DNA of 64,000 nucleotides from Planctomycetota bacterium (GTDB lineage Bacteria; Planctomycetota; SZUA-567; H5-PLA8): NCBI GenBank assembly GCA_037129555.1, contig JBAXUS010000004.1, positions 19,726 to 83,725 of the forward strand, read 5' to 3'. Shown piece by piece: positions 55,939 to 64,000 of this stretch (position 1 is its first letter; each line of letters starts with the position of its first letter). The notes under the pieces were generated by a model. It saw only the letters and a program-made list of their open reading frames with translations, ran no database searches and was not told where the DNA came from. The position numbers and the translations under genes were made by a program.

Positions 55939-58900
55939 ATGGACAATCGCACGCAGAACGACAAGGGGACTCCGCCTTCCGGTGGAGCCATGGACGACTT
56001 GACCGCACCGACGATGCAGGGGACCATGCCCACGTTGCATGTCAACCCACCGTCGAGTGCCGGGAGCCCGTCGTCCAGCTCACCGAAGTCCGCTTCCGTA
56101 CCGACACAGATGGGCAACCTCGATTGTACCATGGTCGGCACGTCGCCGACAATTCAGACTCAAGCCCAAGGCCGCAGCGGAGCGAAAACTCCCGCAACAT
56201 CCGGTGGTCGTGGGCCTGGCAGCGCCACGATTGGTGGCGCACAAGAAGCGACGATTGTCGGAGCGCTTGAACCCCAGGATTTGTCCGAAGAGCTTTTGTT
56301 ACGCGACGCTCCGCGAATGGAATCGCAGGGTTCGCAGCGACCGTCGTTGAATGGCATTCCGCTGTTGTACAAACTCGGCCAAGGCGGCATGGGAGCCGTG
56401 TATTACGGCGTTCATCCGCGTCTGCGAAGCGAAGTCGCCGTGAAGGTCCTGCCATTTCATTTGGCGGCTCAAGATCCCGGCATGGTGCAACGTTTCTTCC
56501 GCGAAGCGCAGATCGCCGCAAAAGTCCGCTCGCCGCACTTGGTCAGCGTGATCGACGTGAACGAAGAATCGGGATTATTCTTCCTCGTCATGGAATACGT
56601 CTCCGGCGTTTCCATGGGGCAGTATCTCAAAAAACAGATTGAAGAAGGCCGCGTCGGGTTGTCGGAATTGGACACCATCGACTCCTGTATCGCAGCGTGT
56701 ATGGGTTTGGATGCCGCGCATTCCAACGGTGTGATTCACCGCGATTTGAAGCCGGACAACATCATGTTGCCGTACAAATCGCGCACTGAAAAAACATACG
56801 ACATCCGCAAAGCAAAACTGATGGATTTGGGGTTGGCACGCAGCGAAGAAGGCGATCAGTCGCTGACCGGTGTGCAAGCTGCGATGGGTACCCCCGGATA
56901 CATGGCACCCGAGCAAGCGCTTGATGCCAAGACCGCCGACAAACGCTCGGACGTGTTCGGAATGGGCGCGACGATTTACGCGCTGCTCGCTGGACGCGCG
57001 CCGTTCAAAGGCGAAGTCGTAATGAAGGTGTTGATGGCAACGATGCACGAACCGCATCCGCCGATCACGGACTTCCGCCCAGACGTGTCGCAGGGCTTGC
57101 AGGACATCATCAACCGCTGCTTGGATAAGCACCAGGACAACCGCTACGACGACGCGAAAGCGCTCGGGCGAGCCTTGCGGGCCGCACGAAAAGTATTGGC
57201 TCCGGACAGCGCGTTCGGTGGTGATGACGACACAGATGATTCAAAAGATTCTAAGCCGCGCACGGCCGCTCCGAAGATCGGTTCCTTCACACCTTATGGC
57301 AGCAAGTCTGCCGCGCCACCGCCGAGCAAGATGCCCCTTTATGGAGGCATCGCTGCAGGCGTGCTGCTCGTGGGTGGACTCGCATACATGTTCGGGAGCG
57401 GCAAAAAGAATGACGATCCCAACAATAAGCCGACGATTGGCGTCGCAACGGTTGACGAAAAAACAAAAGCGCTTGTCATGCAGTCCCACAAGGACGCACT
57501 GAATGCAGTCACCGACGCAATTACCATTAAGAATTTTGAAACAGTGGAATTCAAATTCACGTCCGGTGTCAATGCCGACCAACAGTACGCCAAAGCAATT
57601 CCCAGCCTGATGGCCGATTGGGACAAGATGCGTCATGATATCGACTCCGCCAAGAAAGCGGATGTGTTCGATAGCGCGGTCACACAAATCACGCTCGCGA
57701 TTCGAAAGAAAGACATTGAAACGGCAACGGCTCTGGCAAAGAAACTCGAGCCTGAAACGCCCGAGCAGAACTCCGCGGCGACGAAGCTGCGTAATGACAT
57801 TTCACGCGCTGAAAAGAAGCTGAACAACCAAGGCGCGTTCAAGACCGTCTTGATCGAAGCGTTGGACGAAAGCAAAAAGATTGACGAACGTGTTGAGCTT
57901 GTCGCGAAGGCGTTGGAGTTAATTCCTGACGAGCCCAAAGCAGTCGAATTGCAGAAATCGCTCAAAGTGTTGCAGGCCGTCGAGACGACCAACAAGCAAT
58001 TCAAACTCAATTACGGAAAAGCTCAAAACTTGCTGCTCGACAAAAACTACGAAGCAGCGAATGACGCCATTACCGAAGCCAAGCGTTTGAAGCCTGAAGA
58101 CAAGGACGCCCAAAAGCTCGCCAAACAGATCTTCGATAAGGGCGGTGCGGAATTGCAGAAGAAGTTCGCTGCGCGCGCGAAGGCGAATGCGTTGACGGCG
58201 TATGAATCAGCCAATAAATTCTTCACCGATAAGAACAGTGCCAAGGCGAAAGAGCAGATCGATATTGCGTTGTCCAATGTCTCCGATGATGACCAGTACA
58301 TCACGCTCAAGAAGCGTATCGATTTGCTGATCGTCGAAGAAGAACGTGTCGCGGAAGTTGGGCGCAAGAAGAACTTCTTTGCCGAAGCATTAAAGGAAGC
58401 CACTGGCGCGCTGGAAGAGGCAACGGATGTCAAGAAGATCGGTTTCATCGATGTAGCACTCGAACAAATCAACGTGGCTAAGCAACAGAAGCTTGAAGAC
58501 CCGAACTTGTTGAGCAAAGACGATCCGAAGACTGAAGAGGACTTAAAGGGCCTGCTGGCGACTTTGAAAACGCTCGAAGACAAAGTCACGGCGCGCAAGG
58601 CCGAATTGGATTCGCGCAAGAAGTATGACGACATCCTGACCGAATCAGCAAAGACGCTCGACGAAAATGAAAACGACGGCAAGCTGGCGGCGATCCAAGC
58701 CGTGTTGGTGAAGATGGACGAAGCGCTCAAGATCGCGGCTGAAAAGAAAGTCGTGAACGACAAGGAAATCGCGGTCGCCGAAGACTTGAAAAAGAAGCTC
58801 GACGCGAAGAAGGACGAATTCACTGCGCGCGACGCCAAGCGCACCCAGGTCGCAGATATGGTCAAGATGGGCGACGATCTCGTCACGGCGGGCAAGTACA

Positions 58901-59706
58901 GTGACGCGTTGCTGACCTATAAAGGTGCTGAAGTGATCGTCCGTGATTTGTCCTTGGACGAAAAGGCCGTCGTGATCGAAAAGATCAAAATGGCCGACAC
59001 GAAGGCGAAGAACCTGAAAGAAATCGACGGCATCATCAGCGTGGCGGACAAGTTGATCCGCGACGAGAAGTTTGACGACGCCGTGGCGAAACTTGCGGAA
59101 GGCGAAAAGATTCAGGAAGACAAACGCTTTGCGGTGAAGAAAGACGACATCGAAAAGAAGAAGGTGGCGTTGACTGCGTTGGTCAACGAGTCATTCAAGG
59201 CAGCAGTGGCGTCATTCAAGAACGGTAAGTGGGATGATGGTGTGCAGGAAATGCAGCGCACGGTAACGGCTCATCCCTCGCGCTCGGATGCGGCTACGGC
59301 ATTGGCAAGCTTCAAGGAAATTCAAGCGAGCGAAAATGACATCGCTGCAACACTTCCTGGGCTAAAACAGCAGTTCGCTGACAAGGCGCCGAAAGTAACT
59401 GACAAGGACAGCATCAAGACATCCAAAGCGCGAGCGGAAGACGCACTTGAAAAGTTGCCGAAAGTCGGTGCCACCGTTGCCGAGAATATTGCCAAGGCAG
59501 GCATGGCCGGTCTTGCAACTGAAACGGCCACGTATACAAAACTCGCGAAAGATTTGAAGACTCAGGCCTCCGGCGCGATCGCGATCATCGTCAATAAATA
59601 CAACGATGAAGAAGCCGCCCGCAAGCCACCGCCACCGCCGCCAGTGATCAAGAAAGATCCGGGCCCAATCCCGAAGGCGAAGGGCGAAGCCGAGCCGGAC
59701 CTCTAA
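55939..59706 (+). CDS. Hanks-type Ser/Thr protein kinase with TM helix and ~850-aa Lys/Ala/Glu-rich coiled-coil/TPR-like C-terminal region
   Basis: LGQGGMGAVYYG, AVKVL, HRDLKPDNIML, DLGLAR and GTPGYMAPEQ kinase motifs. TM LYGGIAAGVLLVGGLAYMFG. A long helical repeat-like tail ends in PPPPPPV. Confidence 0.85.
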   Translation: MDNRTQNDKGTPPSGGAMDDLTAPTMQGTMPTLHVNPPSSAGSPSSSSPKSASVPTQMGNLDCTMVGTSPTIQTQAQGRSGAKTPATSGGRGPGSATIGGAQEATIVGALEPQDLSEELLLRDAPRMESQGSQRPSLNGIPLLYKLGQGGMGAVYYGVHPRLRSEVAVKVLPFHLAAQDPGMVQRFFREAQIAAKVRSPHLVSVIDVNEESGLFFLVMEYVSGVSMGQYLKKQIEEGRVGLSELDTIDSCIAACMGLDAAHSNGVIHRDLKPDNIMLPYKSRTEKTYDIRKAKLMDLGLARSEEGDQSLTGVQAAMGTPGYMAPEQALDAKTADKRSDVFGMGATIYALLAGRAPFKGEVVMKVLMATMHEPHPPITDFRPDVSQGLQDIINRCLDKHQDNRYDDAKALGRALRAARKVLAPDSAFGGDDDTDDSKDSKPRTAAPKIGSFTPYGSKSAAPPPSKMPLYGGIAAGVLLVGGLAYMFGSGKKNDDPNNKPTIGVATVDEKTKALVMQSHKDALNAVTDAITIKNFETVEFKFTSGVNADQQYAKAIPSLMADWDKMRHDIDSAKKADVFDSAVTQITLAIRKKDIETATALAKKLEPETPEQNSAATKLRNDISRAEKKLNNQGAFKTVLIEALDESKKIDERVELVAKALELIPDEPKAVELQKSLKVLQAVETTNKQFKLNYGKAQNLLLDKNYEAANDAITEAKRLKPEDKDAQKLAKQIFDKGGAELQKKFAARAKANALTAYESANKFFTDKNSAKAKEQIDIALSNVSDDDQYITLKKRIDLLIVEEERVAEVGRKKNFFAEALKEATGALEEATDVKKIGFIDVALEQINVAKQQKLEDPNLLSKDDPKTEEDLKGLLATLKTLEDKVTARKAELDSRKKYDDILTESAKTLDENENDGKLAAIQAVLVKMDEALKIAAEKKVVNDKEIAVAEDLKKKLDAKKDEFTARDAKRTQVADMVKMGDDLVTAGKYSDALLTYKGAEVIVRDLSLDEKAVVIEKIKMADTKAKNLKEIDGIISVADKLIRDEKFDDAVAKLAEGEKIQEDKRFAVKKDDIEKKKVALTALVNESFKAAVASFKNGKWDDGVQEMQRTVTAHPSRSDAATALASFKEIQASENDIAATLPGLKQQFADKAPKVTDKDSIKTSKARAEDALEKLPKVGATVAENIAKAGMAGLATETATYTKLAKDLKTQASGAIAIIVNKYNDEEAARKPPPPPPVIKKDPGPIPKAKGEAEPDL

Positions 59707-59748
59707 ACGAGTCTGATAGTAATTGTGAAGTTACCAGCATTCCGAAAT

Positions 59749-59802
59749 CGAGCGCGACGAGTTCAACGCGTTCGATTTCGGAATTTGTTTTAGTACACGG
59801 TG
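59749..59802 (+). terminator. Rho-independent terminator after the kinase gene
   Basis: ATTCCGAAATCGA...TCGATTTCGGAAT (13-bp perfect stem, 20-nt loop) followed by TTGTTTT. Confidence 0.6.
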
Positions 59803-59854
59803 TAGTCTTCCTTGTTGCGGCTCGCGAATCGAATCACGCTGAGACTATCTGATC

Positions 59855-61189
59855 ATGAAAAAAACGTTGCTTCTCGGACTTGCTGTTCTGACGCTCGCCG
59901 CCCACGCCGAAAATTGGGGCCAGTGGCGCGGACCGAACAACAACGGCTCGACGTCGGAGACGGGACTTCCGGACACGTTCAGCATTGACGATGCGGACAA
60001 GAAGACAACCGCGAAGAATCTGGCGTGGGTCTGCGACCTTCCCGGCGCAGGCAACGCGACACCGGTGGTCTTCGACGACAAAGTCTTCGTCGCATCCAAC
60101 AACAAGGACGGCAGCGAACTGATCGGCCTCTGCATCGACCGGAAGACCGGCAAAATTCTGTGGCAGAACACGGTCGTGAAAACCACGCCCGGCAAAGTGT
60201 CAGGCACCGGCAAAAACACGTTGGCCTCATGCTCGCCGGTGACCGACGGCAAGCAGGTCTGCTTCACGTTCGGCACGGGCGACCTCGCATGTTACGACAT
60301 GGCGGGAAAAGAAGTCTGGACGAAGAGCCTGTCGAAAGAACACGGCGAATTGACGTTCCTGCATGGCTACAGTTCGACGCCGCTGCTGTACAAGGAAAAG
60401 CTTTACATTCAAGTGCTGCGCCGGGACCGGTTGGAAGCGAAGGGCGGAAAAACGGCGGACCCAAAATTCGATTCGTATCTGCTCTGCTCCGATTGGAAAA
60501 CCGGGAAGGATATTTTCAAAGCGCCGCGCAAGAGCGACGCAAAGGACGGCGAATGCGAATCGTATTCGTCGCCAGTGCTGTACGAGCGCCCGGGCCGGAC
60601 CGAAATTCTGATCGCCGGTTCGCTGTGGGTGAGCGGCCACAGCCCGGAAGACGGGAAGGAATACTGGCACTGGGGTACGTTGACGCCGTGGTTGACTGGC
60701 AACGTCCGCAGCGTCTCGCTGCCCGTCGCGAACAACGATTTCGTCTTCGCAGCTGGCCCGCGAAAACGCCCAATTTTTGCAATCAAAGCCGGCGGCACAG
60801 GCGATCTGAAAGCGGATGGAAAAGTCTGGGAATTCAAAGACCACGATTGCGCCGTCCCCAGCCCGCTGATGTACGACAACTATTTGTATCTGCTCGACGA
60901 CGACAAAAAGAAGATGTCCTGCATCGAACCGGCGAGCGGTAAAGTGAAATGGGACGGTGTACTGAGCGAAGCAGCGGACAAAGCCGGCTTCAGTTCCTCC
61001 CCGGCCGCGGGAGACGGCAAGATTTACTGCATGAATGAACGCGGCAACGTGGTGATTCTATCGTCCCAGGAATTTAAAGTCCTGTGCAAAGTGGACATTG
61101 ATGAAGGCTTCACGGCAGCATCGCCGGTGATCGCTCAAGGCCACGTGTTTTTCAGGACCGCGAAGCGGTTGTATTGTGTTGGGAAATAG
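59855..61189 (+). CDS. Secreted PQQ-like beta-propeller repeat protein
   Basis: Signal MKKTLLLGLAVLTLAAHA. ENWGQWRGPNNNG is typical of PQQ-repeat (BamB-like) propellers, and repeated W..G.G motifs follow. Confidence 0.75.
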   Translation: MKKTLLLGLAVLTLAAHAENWGQWRGPNNNGSTSETGLPDTFSIDDADKKTTAKNLAWVCDLPGAGNATPVVFDDKVFVASNNKDGSELIGLCIDRKTGKILWQNTVVKTTPGKVSGTGKNTLASCSPVTDGKQVCFTFGTGDLACYDMAGKEVWTKSLSKEHGELTFLHGYSSTPLLYKEKLYIQVLRRDRLEAKGGKTADPKFDSYLLCSDWKTGKDIFKAPRKSDAKDGECESYSSPVLYERPGRTEILIAGSLWVSGHSPEDGKEYWHWGTLTPWLTGNVRSVSLPVANNDFVFAAGPRKRPIFAIKAGGTGDLKADGKVWEFKDHDCAVPSPLMYDNYLYLLDDDKKKMSCIEPASGKVKWDGVLSEAADKAGFSSSPAAGDGKIYCMNERGNVVILSSQEFKVLCKVDIDEGFTAASPVIAQGHVFFRTAKRLYCVGK

Positions 61190-61190
61190 G

Positions 61191-61682
61191 ATGCGGTCCA
61201 GAATCACAATGATAAAAGAAACGGCATACTTGGAAACAAGCGTCGTCAGTTACTTGAATTCATTTCCAAGCCGCGATTTAATTGTGGCGGCGCATCAGCA
61301 AATTACCCACGATTGGTGGCGCCTACACGCTCCCAATTTTACGATCGTGGTTTCGACTCACGTTCTATTGGAATCTGCGCGGGGCGATCCTAAAATGGCA
61401 GCGGCACGGACATCCTTCCTCGCCGGTATCCCGGTATTGGAAGAAACTCTTGAGATGCTGGAATTGGCGGAAGAGTATCAATCCATATTAAGATTGCCGA
61501 AAAGTAAAATGGCGGATGCCCATCATCTTGCCGCAGCTTCGTGGCACGGAATTGATTATCTGGTAACATGGAATTGCAAGCACATTGCCAGTGCTCAAGT
61601 CCGCCGTGCGCTTTACAAGATCAATGTGGCGGCTGGATTGAAGGTACCTATTCTATGCACACCAGAAGAATTGGAGAAATAG
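61191..61682 (+). CDS. PIN-domain (VapC-like) ribonuclease
   Basis: YLETSVVSYL is an N-terminal PIN acidic motif (yLDTsv.i). ...ADAHHLAAASWHGIDYLVTWNCKHI is the second and third Asp region (D..iAA.A.....L.T.N.K.F). The start could instead be the ATG at 61209 (MIKETAYLETS). Confidence 0.6.
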   Translation: MRSRITMIKETAYLETSVVSYLNSFPSRDLIVAAHQQITHDWWRLHAPNFTIVVSTHVLLESARGDPKMAAARTSFLAGIPVLEETLEMLELAEEYQSILRLPKSKMADAHHLAAASWHGIDYLVTWNCKHIASAQVRRALYKINVAAGLKVPILCTPEELEK

Positions 61683-61684
61683 CC

Positions 61685-61900
61685 ATGCGAAAAGATCCGA
61701 TCTTGGCGGAACTCGATTCAATACGTTCCGATATGGCTGATGAATTTGGCGGACTCAAGGGGCTACACAAACGATCCTTGCAACTCCAAGACGAATTGCG
61801 TAAAAAAAACGCTGTTATTGTAAATTTCCACAACGCTTGTGACGCGAAAAACACACATCAAATTGAACACCCTCGATTGAAACGAAAAGCCGCAGGTTGA
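61685..61900 (+). CDS. Small hypothetical protein (71 aa) immediately downstream of the PIN gene
   Basis: ATG 3 nt after the PIN stop: MRKDPILAELDSIRSDMADEFGGLKGLHKRSLQLQDELRKKNAVIVNF... No domain recognised. This is the downstream part of track ORF 61568..61900. Confidence 0.35.
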   Translation: MRKDPILAELDSIRSDMADEFGGLKGLHKRSLQLQDELRKKNAVIVNFHNACDAKNTHQIEHPRLKRKAAG

Positions 61901-61959
61901 AGTGTTGGTATTAAGTTCCTTGATTTTTACGGAACGCAATGATTGACCGCCGTGCATCC

Positions 61960-63927
61960 TTACGGCTTCCGCGACACGCCGTGCAGATTCAAGCGCGCGG
62001 AATAAATTTGTGGGACCGATGCTTGGTACAGTTTAGTTCCGAACAAAATTGACACCGTGAGCGCCGCAGTACGCTTTTTAAAATCGCCGTTCTTCAATCC
62101 CGCGCTAGCGAAAGCCGGCGAGTAGGTGCCACCACTCAAGTTCACGGTGAAGAACGCGGATTGTGCCGGGACGTTGCCGTTGGTTTGTGTGAAGGATAAC
62201 TTGAAAACGGAGCCGGAAGCGCCACGCTCATTGAGGTGCGCAAGGTAAGCGACGCCATTGACATCCACTCCGATCTTCGTTCCAGCTGGGACGAATCCGC
62301 TGGGAAGCGGGAGGAGTCCAACGAGCGAAATCGAATCGCGGTTGCCTCGATTGAAGCGTAGCGTTGTTTGCAAACGCGCGACTTGAAGCGGAAGCGGCGC
62401 GTTGACGTTGGTGACGTCCAGCGGCAGCGCGTTCGAATCGTTGGGATCGGAGCCCATGATCTGTTCGACAACGTTTGAAAATCCATCCTCATCACTGTCC
62501 GCCCCGACACCGACGACCACTCCTTGCGCGATCCCGGCAATCGTAACCGTGACGCTGCCTGAGACGCTGGCGCTGGCTGAATCGGTCACGGTCACAGAAG
62601 CTCCGAACGTGCCTTCAGTCGCGTACGTGTGCGTGACGCTCGAACCGCTGCCACTCGCACCGTCGCCGAACGACCACGTGTAAGTCAGTGTTCCAGTGCC
62701 GCCGGTGGCTGAAGCGGAGAACGTCGCGGTCTGTCCGGCTTTGGCGGGATTGGGCGAAGCCGAGACGTTTGAATCCAACGTAAGTGGACCGCTTGAAGCG
62801 CCCGGATTGAATATCTCGGTGCTGGACAGAGCGATTTGATTTGTGCCTCCGACGAGCAGTACATTGCCATTCCCGAGAAGCGTGGCAGTGTGGTATTGGC
62901 GCGCTGCGGCGAGCGTGCCAGCGGAACTCCACGTGGCTGCAATCGGGTCGTAGACTTCCGCACTGTTGAGCACGTTCGATCCATCGAATCCAGCGGCGAC
63001 GAAAACGAGTCCTGAATTCAGAAGTGTACCGGTGTGGAGCGTGCGGAGTTGTGCAAGCGCCCCGGTGCCGCTCCACGCGATGGTCTGCGAGTCATACAGT
63101 TCGGCGCTCGACAGACGATTGGTTCCGCTGAGTCCTCCGGTCACGAGGACGCGTCCGAACGTGACAGGTGCGATGACGGCTTGCGCGCGGCCGAAGGCGA
63201 GAGTTCCACCGAGGGTCCACGTGTTTTGAATGTAATCGTAGAGTTCGGCATTGGGCGTGGTCGTGGTGGATTGAATCGTCTGCGAAAACGCTCCGCTTGC
63301 GACGAGAACTTTGTTGTTAGCGAGCAGGATTGCGCTGTGAAAGTAATGGGCTTTGGACATGTTGGGAGCAGGTATCCACGCGCTGGATGACGGGTCATAA
63401 ATCTCCGTCGTATTCAACGCCGTGACGCTGGCGCTGGGCGAACCCGTGGTCTGTTTCGCGCCGCCCGCGACGAGGACTTTTCCATTCGGTAAAACGGTAG
63501 CGGTATGGCTTTGTCGCGTGGCGCTCATGCTGCTGGTCGTGGTCCACGTGTTGGCCACGGGATCATACACTTCAGCACTCGATACCGTCCCGGAATCGCT
63601 CAATCCTCCGGCCACGAGAACCGTGCCGTCGGCGAGGCGCGTGGCGGTGTGACGCTTGCGAGCACTATTGAGCGACGCAGCAAGCGTCCACTTATCGGAA
63701 GTCGAGTCGTAAACTTCGGCGCTCAAAAGCGTCGTACCGCCATCGGCCTCACCACCCACGACGAGGACATTGCCGTTTGAAAGGAGCGTTGCCGTGTGCT
63801 GGGAGCGAGCGGTGTTCAAGGAGGCTGCGGAAGCGAATCCAGCGGATCGAGGAGTGATGGGAATATCACCGGCGCGACACGATAGGAGCGTGATGAGGAG
63901 AGCGAGCAGATTGACGCGTCGGGACAT
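61960..63927 (-). CDS. Secreted Kelch-repeat beta-propeller protein with Ig/PKD-like domain and C-terminal extension
   Basis: Signal MSRRVNLLALLITLLSCRA. Six or more Kelch-like blades (HTATLLSNGNVLVVGG..., HTATRLADGTVLVAGG..., HTATVLPNGKVLVAGG... and so on), then a Thr/Ser-rich Ig-like segment. Confidence 0.75.
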   Translation of the reverse strand: MSRRVNLLALLITLLSCRAGDIPITPRSAGFASAASLNTARSQHTATLLSNGNVLVVGGEADGGTTLLSAEVYDSTSDKWTLAASLNSARKRHTATRLADGTVLVAGGLSDSGTVSSAEVYDPVANTWTTTSSMSATRQSHTATVLPNGKVLVAGGAKQTTGSPSASVTALNTTEIYDPSSSAWIPAPNMSKAHYFHSAILLANNKVLVASGAFSQTIQSTTTTPNAELYDYIQNTWTLGGTLAFGRAQAVIAPVTFGRVLVTGGLSGTNRLSSAELYDSQTIAWSGTGALAQLRTLHTGTLLNSGLVFVAAGFDGSNVLNSAEVYDPIAATWSSAGTLAAARQYHTATLLGNGNVLLVGGTNQIALSSTEIFNPGASSGPLTLDSNVSASPNPAKAGQTATFSASATGGTGTLTYTWSFGDGASGSGSSVTHTYATEGTFGASVTVTDSASASVSGSVTVTIAGIAQGVVVGVGADSDEDGFSNVVEQIMGSDPNDSNALPLDVTNVNAPLPLQVARLQTTLRFNRGNRDSISLVGLLPLPSGFVPAGTKIGVDVNGVAYLAHLNERGASGSVFKLSFTQTNGNVPAQSAFFTVNLSGGTYSPAFASAGLKNGDFKKRTAALTVSILFGTKLYQASVPQIYSARLNLHGVSRKP

Positions 63928-64000
63928 TGGGGAGCGGTTCCTTGATCGAGAGACTTTGAAGAAACGTAATCCAATTGGCAGTGTATTGCCACAGCCAAAT

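Noticed and set aside
58047-58895. 282-aa Ser/Ala/Phe-rich minus-strand ORF inside the kinase coiled-coil region, and similar ORFs at 57633..58010 and 57241..57687
   Set aside because: These are antisense artefacts of the Lys/Ala/Glu-rich coding repeats of the kinase tail (GCN/AAG codons read backwards give Ser/Ala/Phe runs).
60025-60942. 305-aa plus-strand and 205-aa minus-strand ORFs overlapping the PQQ-propeller gene in other frames
   Set aside because: Extreme Arg content and no domain. The PQQ gene has a signal peptide and repeat motifs in its own frame.

Overview
High-GC bacterial chromosomal window with dense coding on both strands. Gene content points to a Planctomycetota-like genome: a DUF1501 protein, a ~2000-aa pilin-like giant protein, two Hanks-type Ser/Thr kinases, an FGE-sulfatase-family protein, PQQ- and Kelch-type beta-propellers, a TMTC/DUF1736-like membrane protein and Uma2 endonucleases. 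Housekeeping genes recognised with confidence are smpB, uppP, asd, hslVU, purA, a cyclophilin, an MIP-family channel and a GspF/PilC platform protein. Several ORF-track starts are upstream TTG/GTG extensions; where an ATG or GTG with a Shine-Dalgarno-like motif lies a few codons downstream I give that start instead. Internal coordinates may be off by 1-2 nt. Most long ORFs that run antisense to well-supported genes are rejected as high-GC artefacts. Most notable: (1) a single ORF that fuses a 2Fe-2S ferredoxin domain, a class III adenylate/guanylate cyclase domain with all catalytic motifs intact, and a class I ascorbate-peroxidase-like heme peroxidase domain. This appears to be an undescribed redox-sensing cyclase architecture. 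(2) Directly downstream of it, a lower-GC three-gene islet (nucleotidyltransferase-fold protein, overlapping small ORF, ParB/Srx-like nuclease-domain protein). It looks horizontally acquired and could be a defence or addiction module. (3) A ~165-bp inverted duplication with nested hairpins and GGATTAATCC palindromes. (4) A GC-rich element with a 27-bp perfect stem, present in two copies that flank a 3.2-kb segment. (5) A giant protein with a GspK-like pseudopilin N-terminus. (6) A roadblock/LC7 gene pair. (7) A paralogous porin-like pair, one in an operon with a pRiA4b-ORF3-like gene. No CRISPR array, rRNA or tRNA was recognised.
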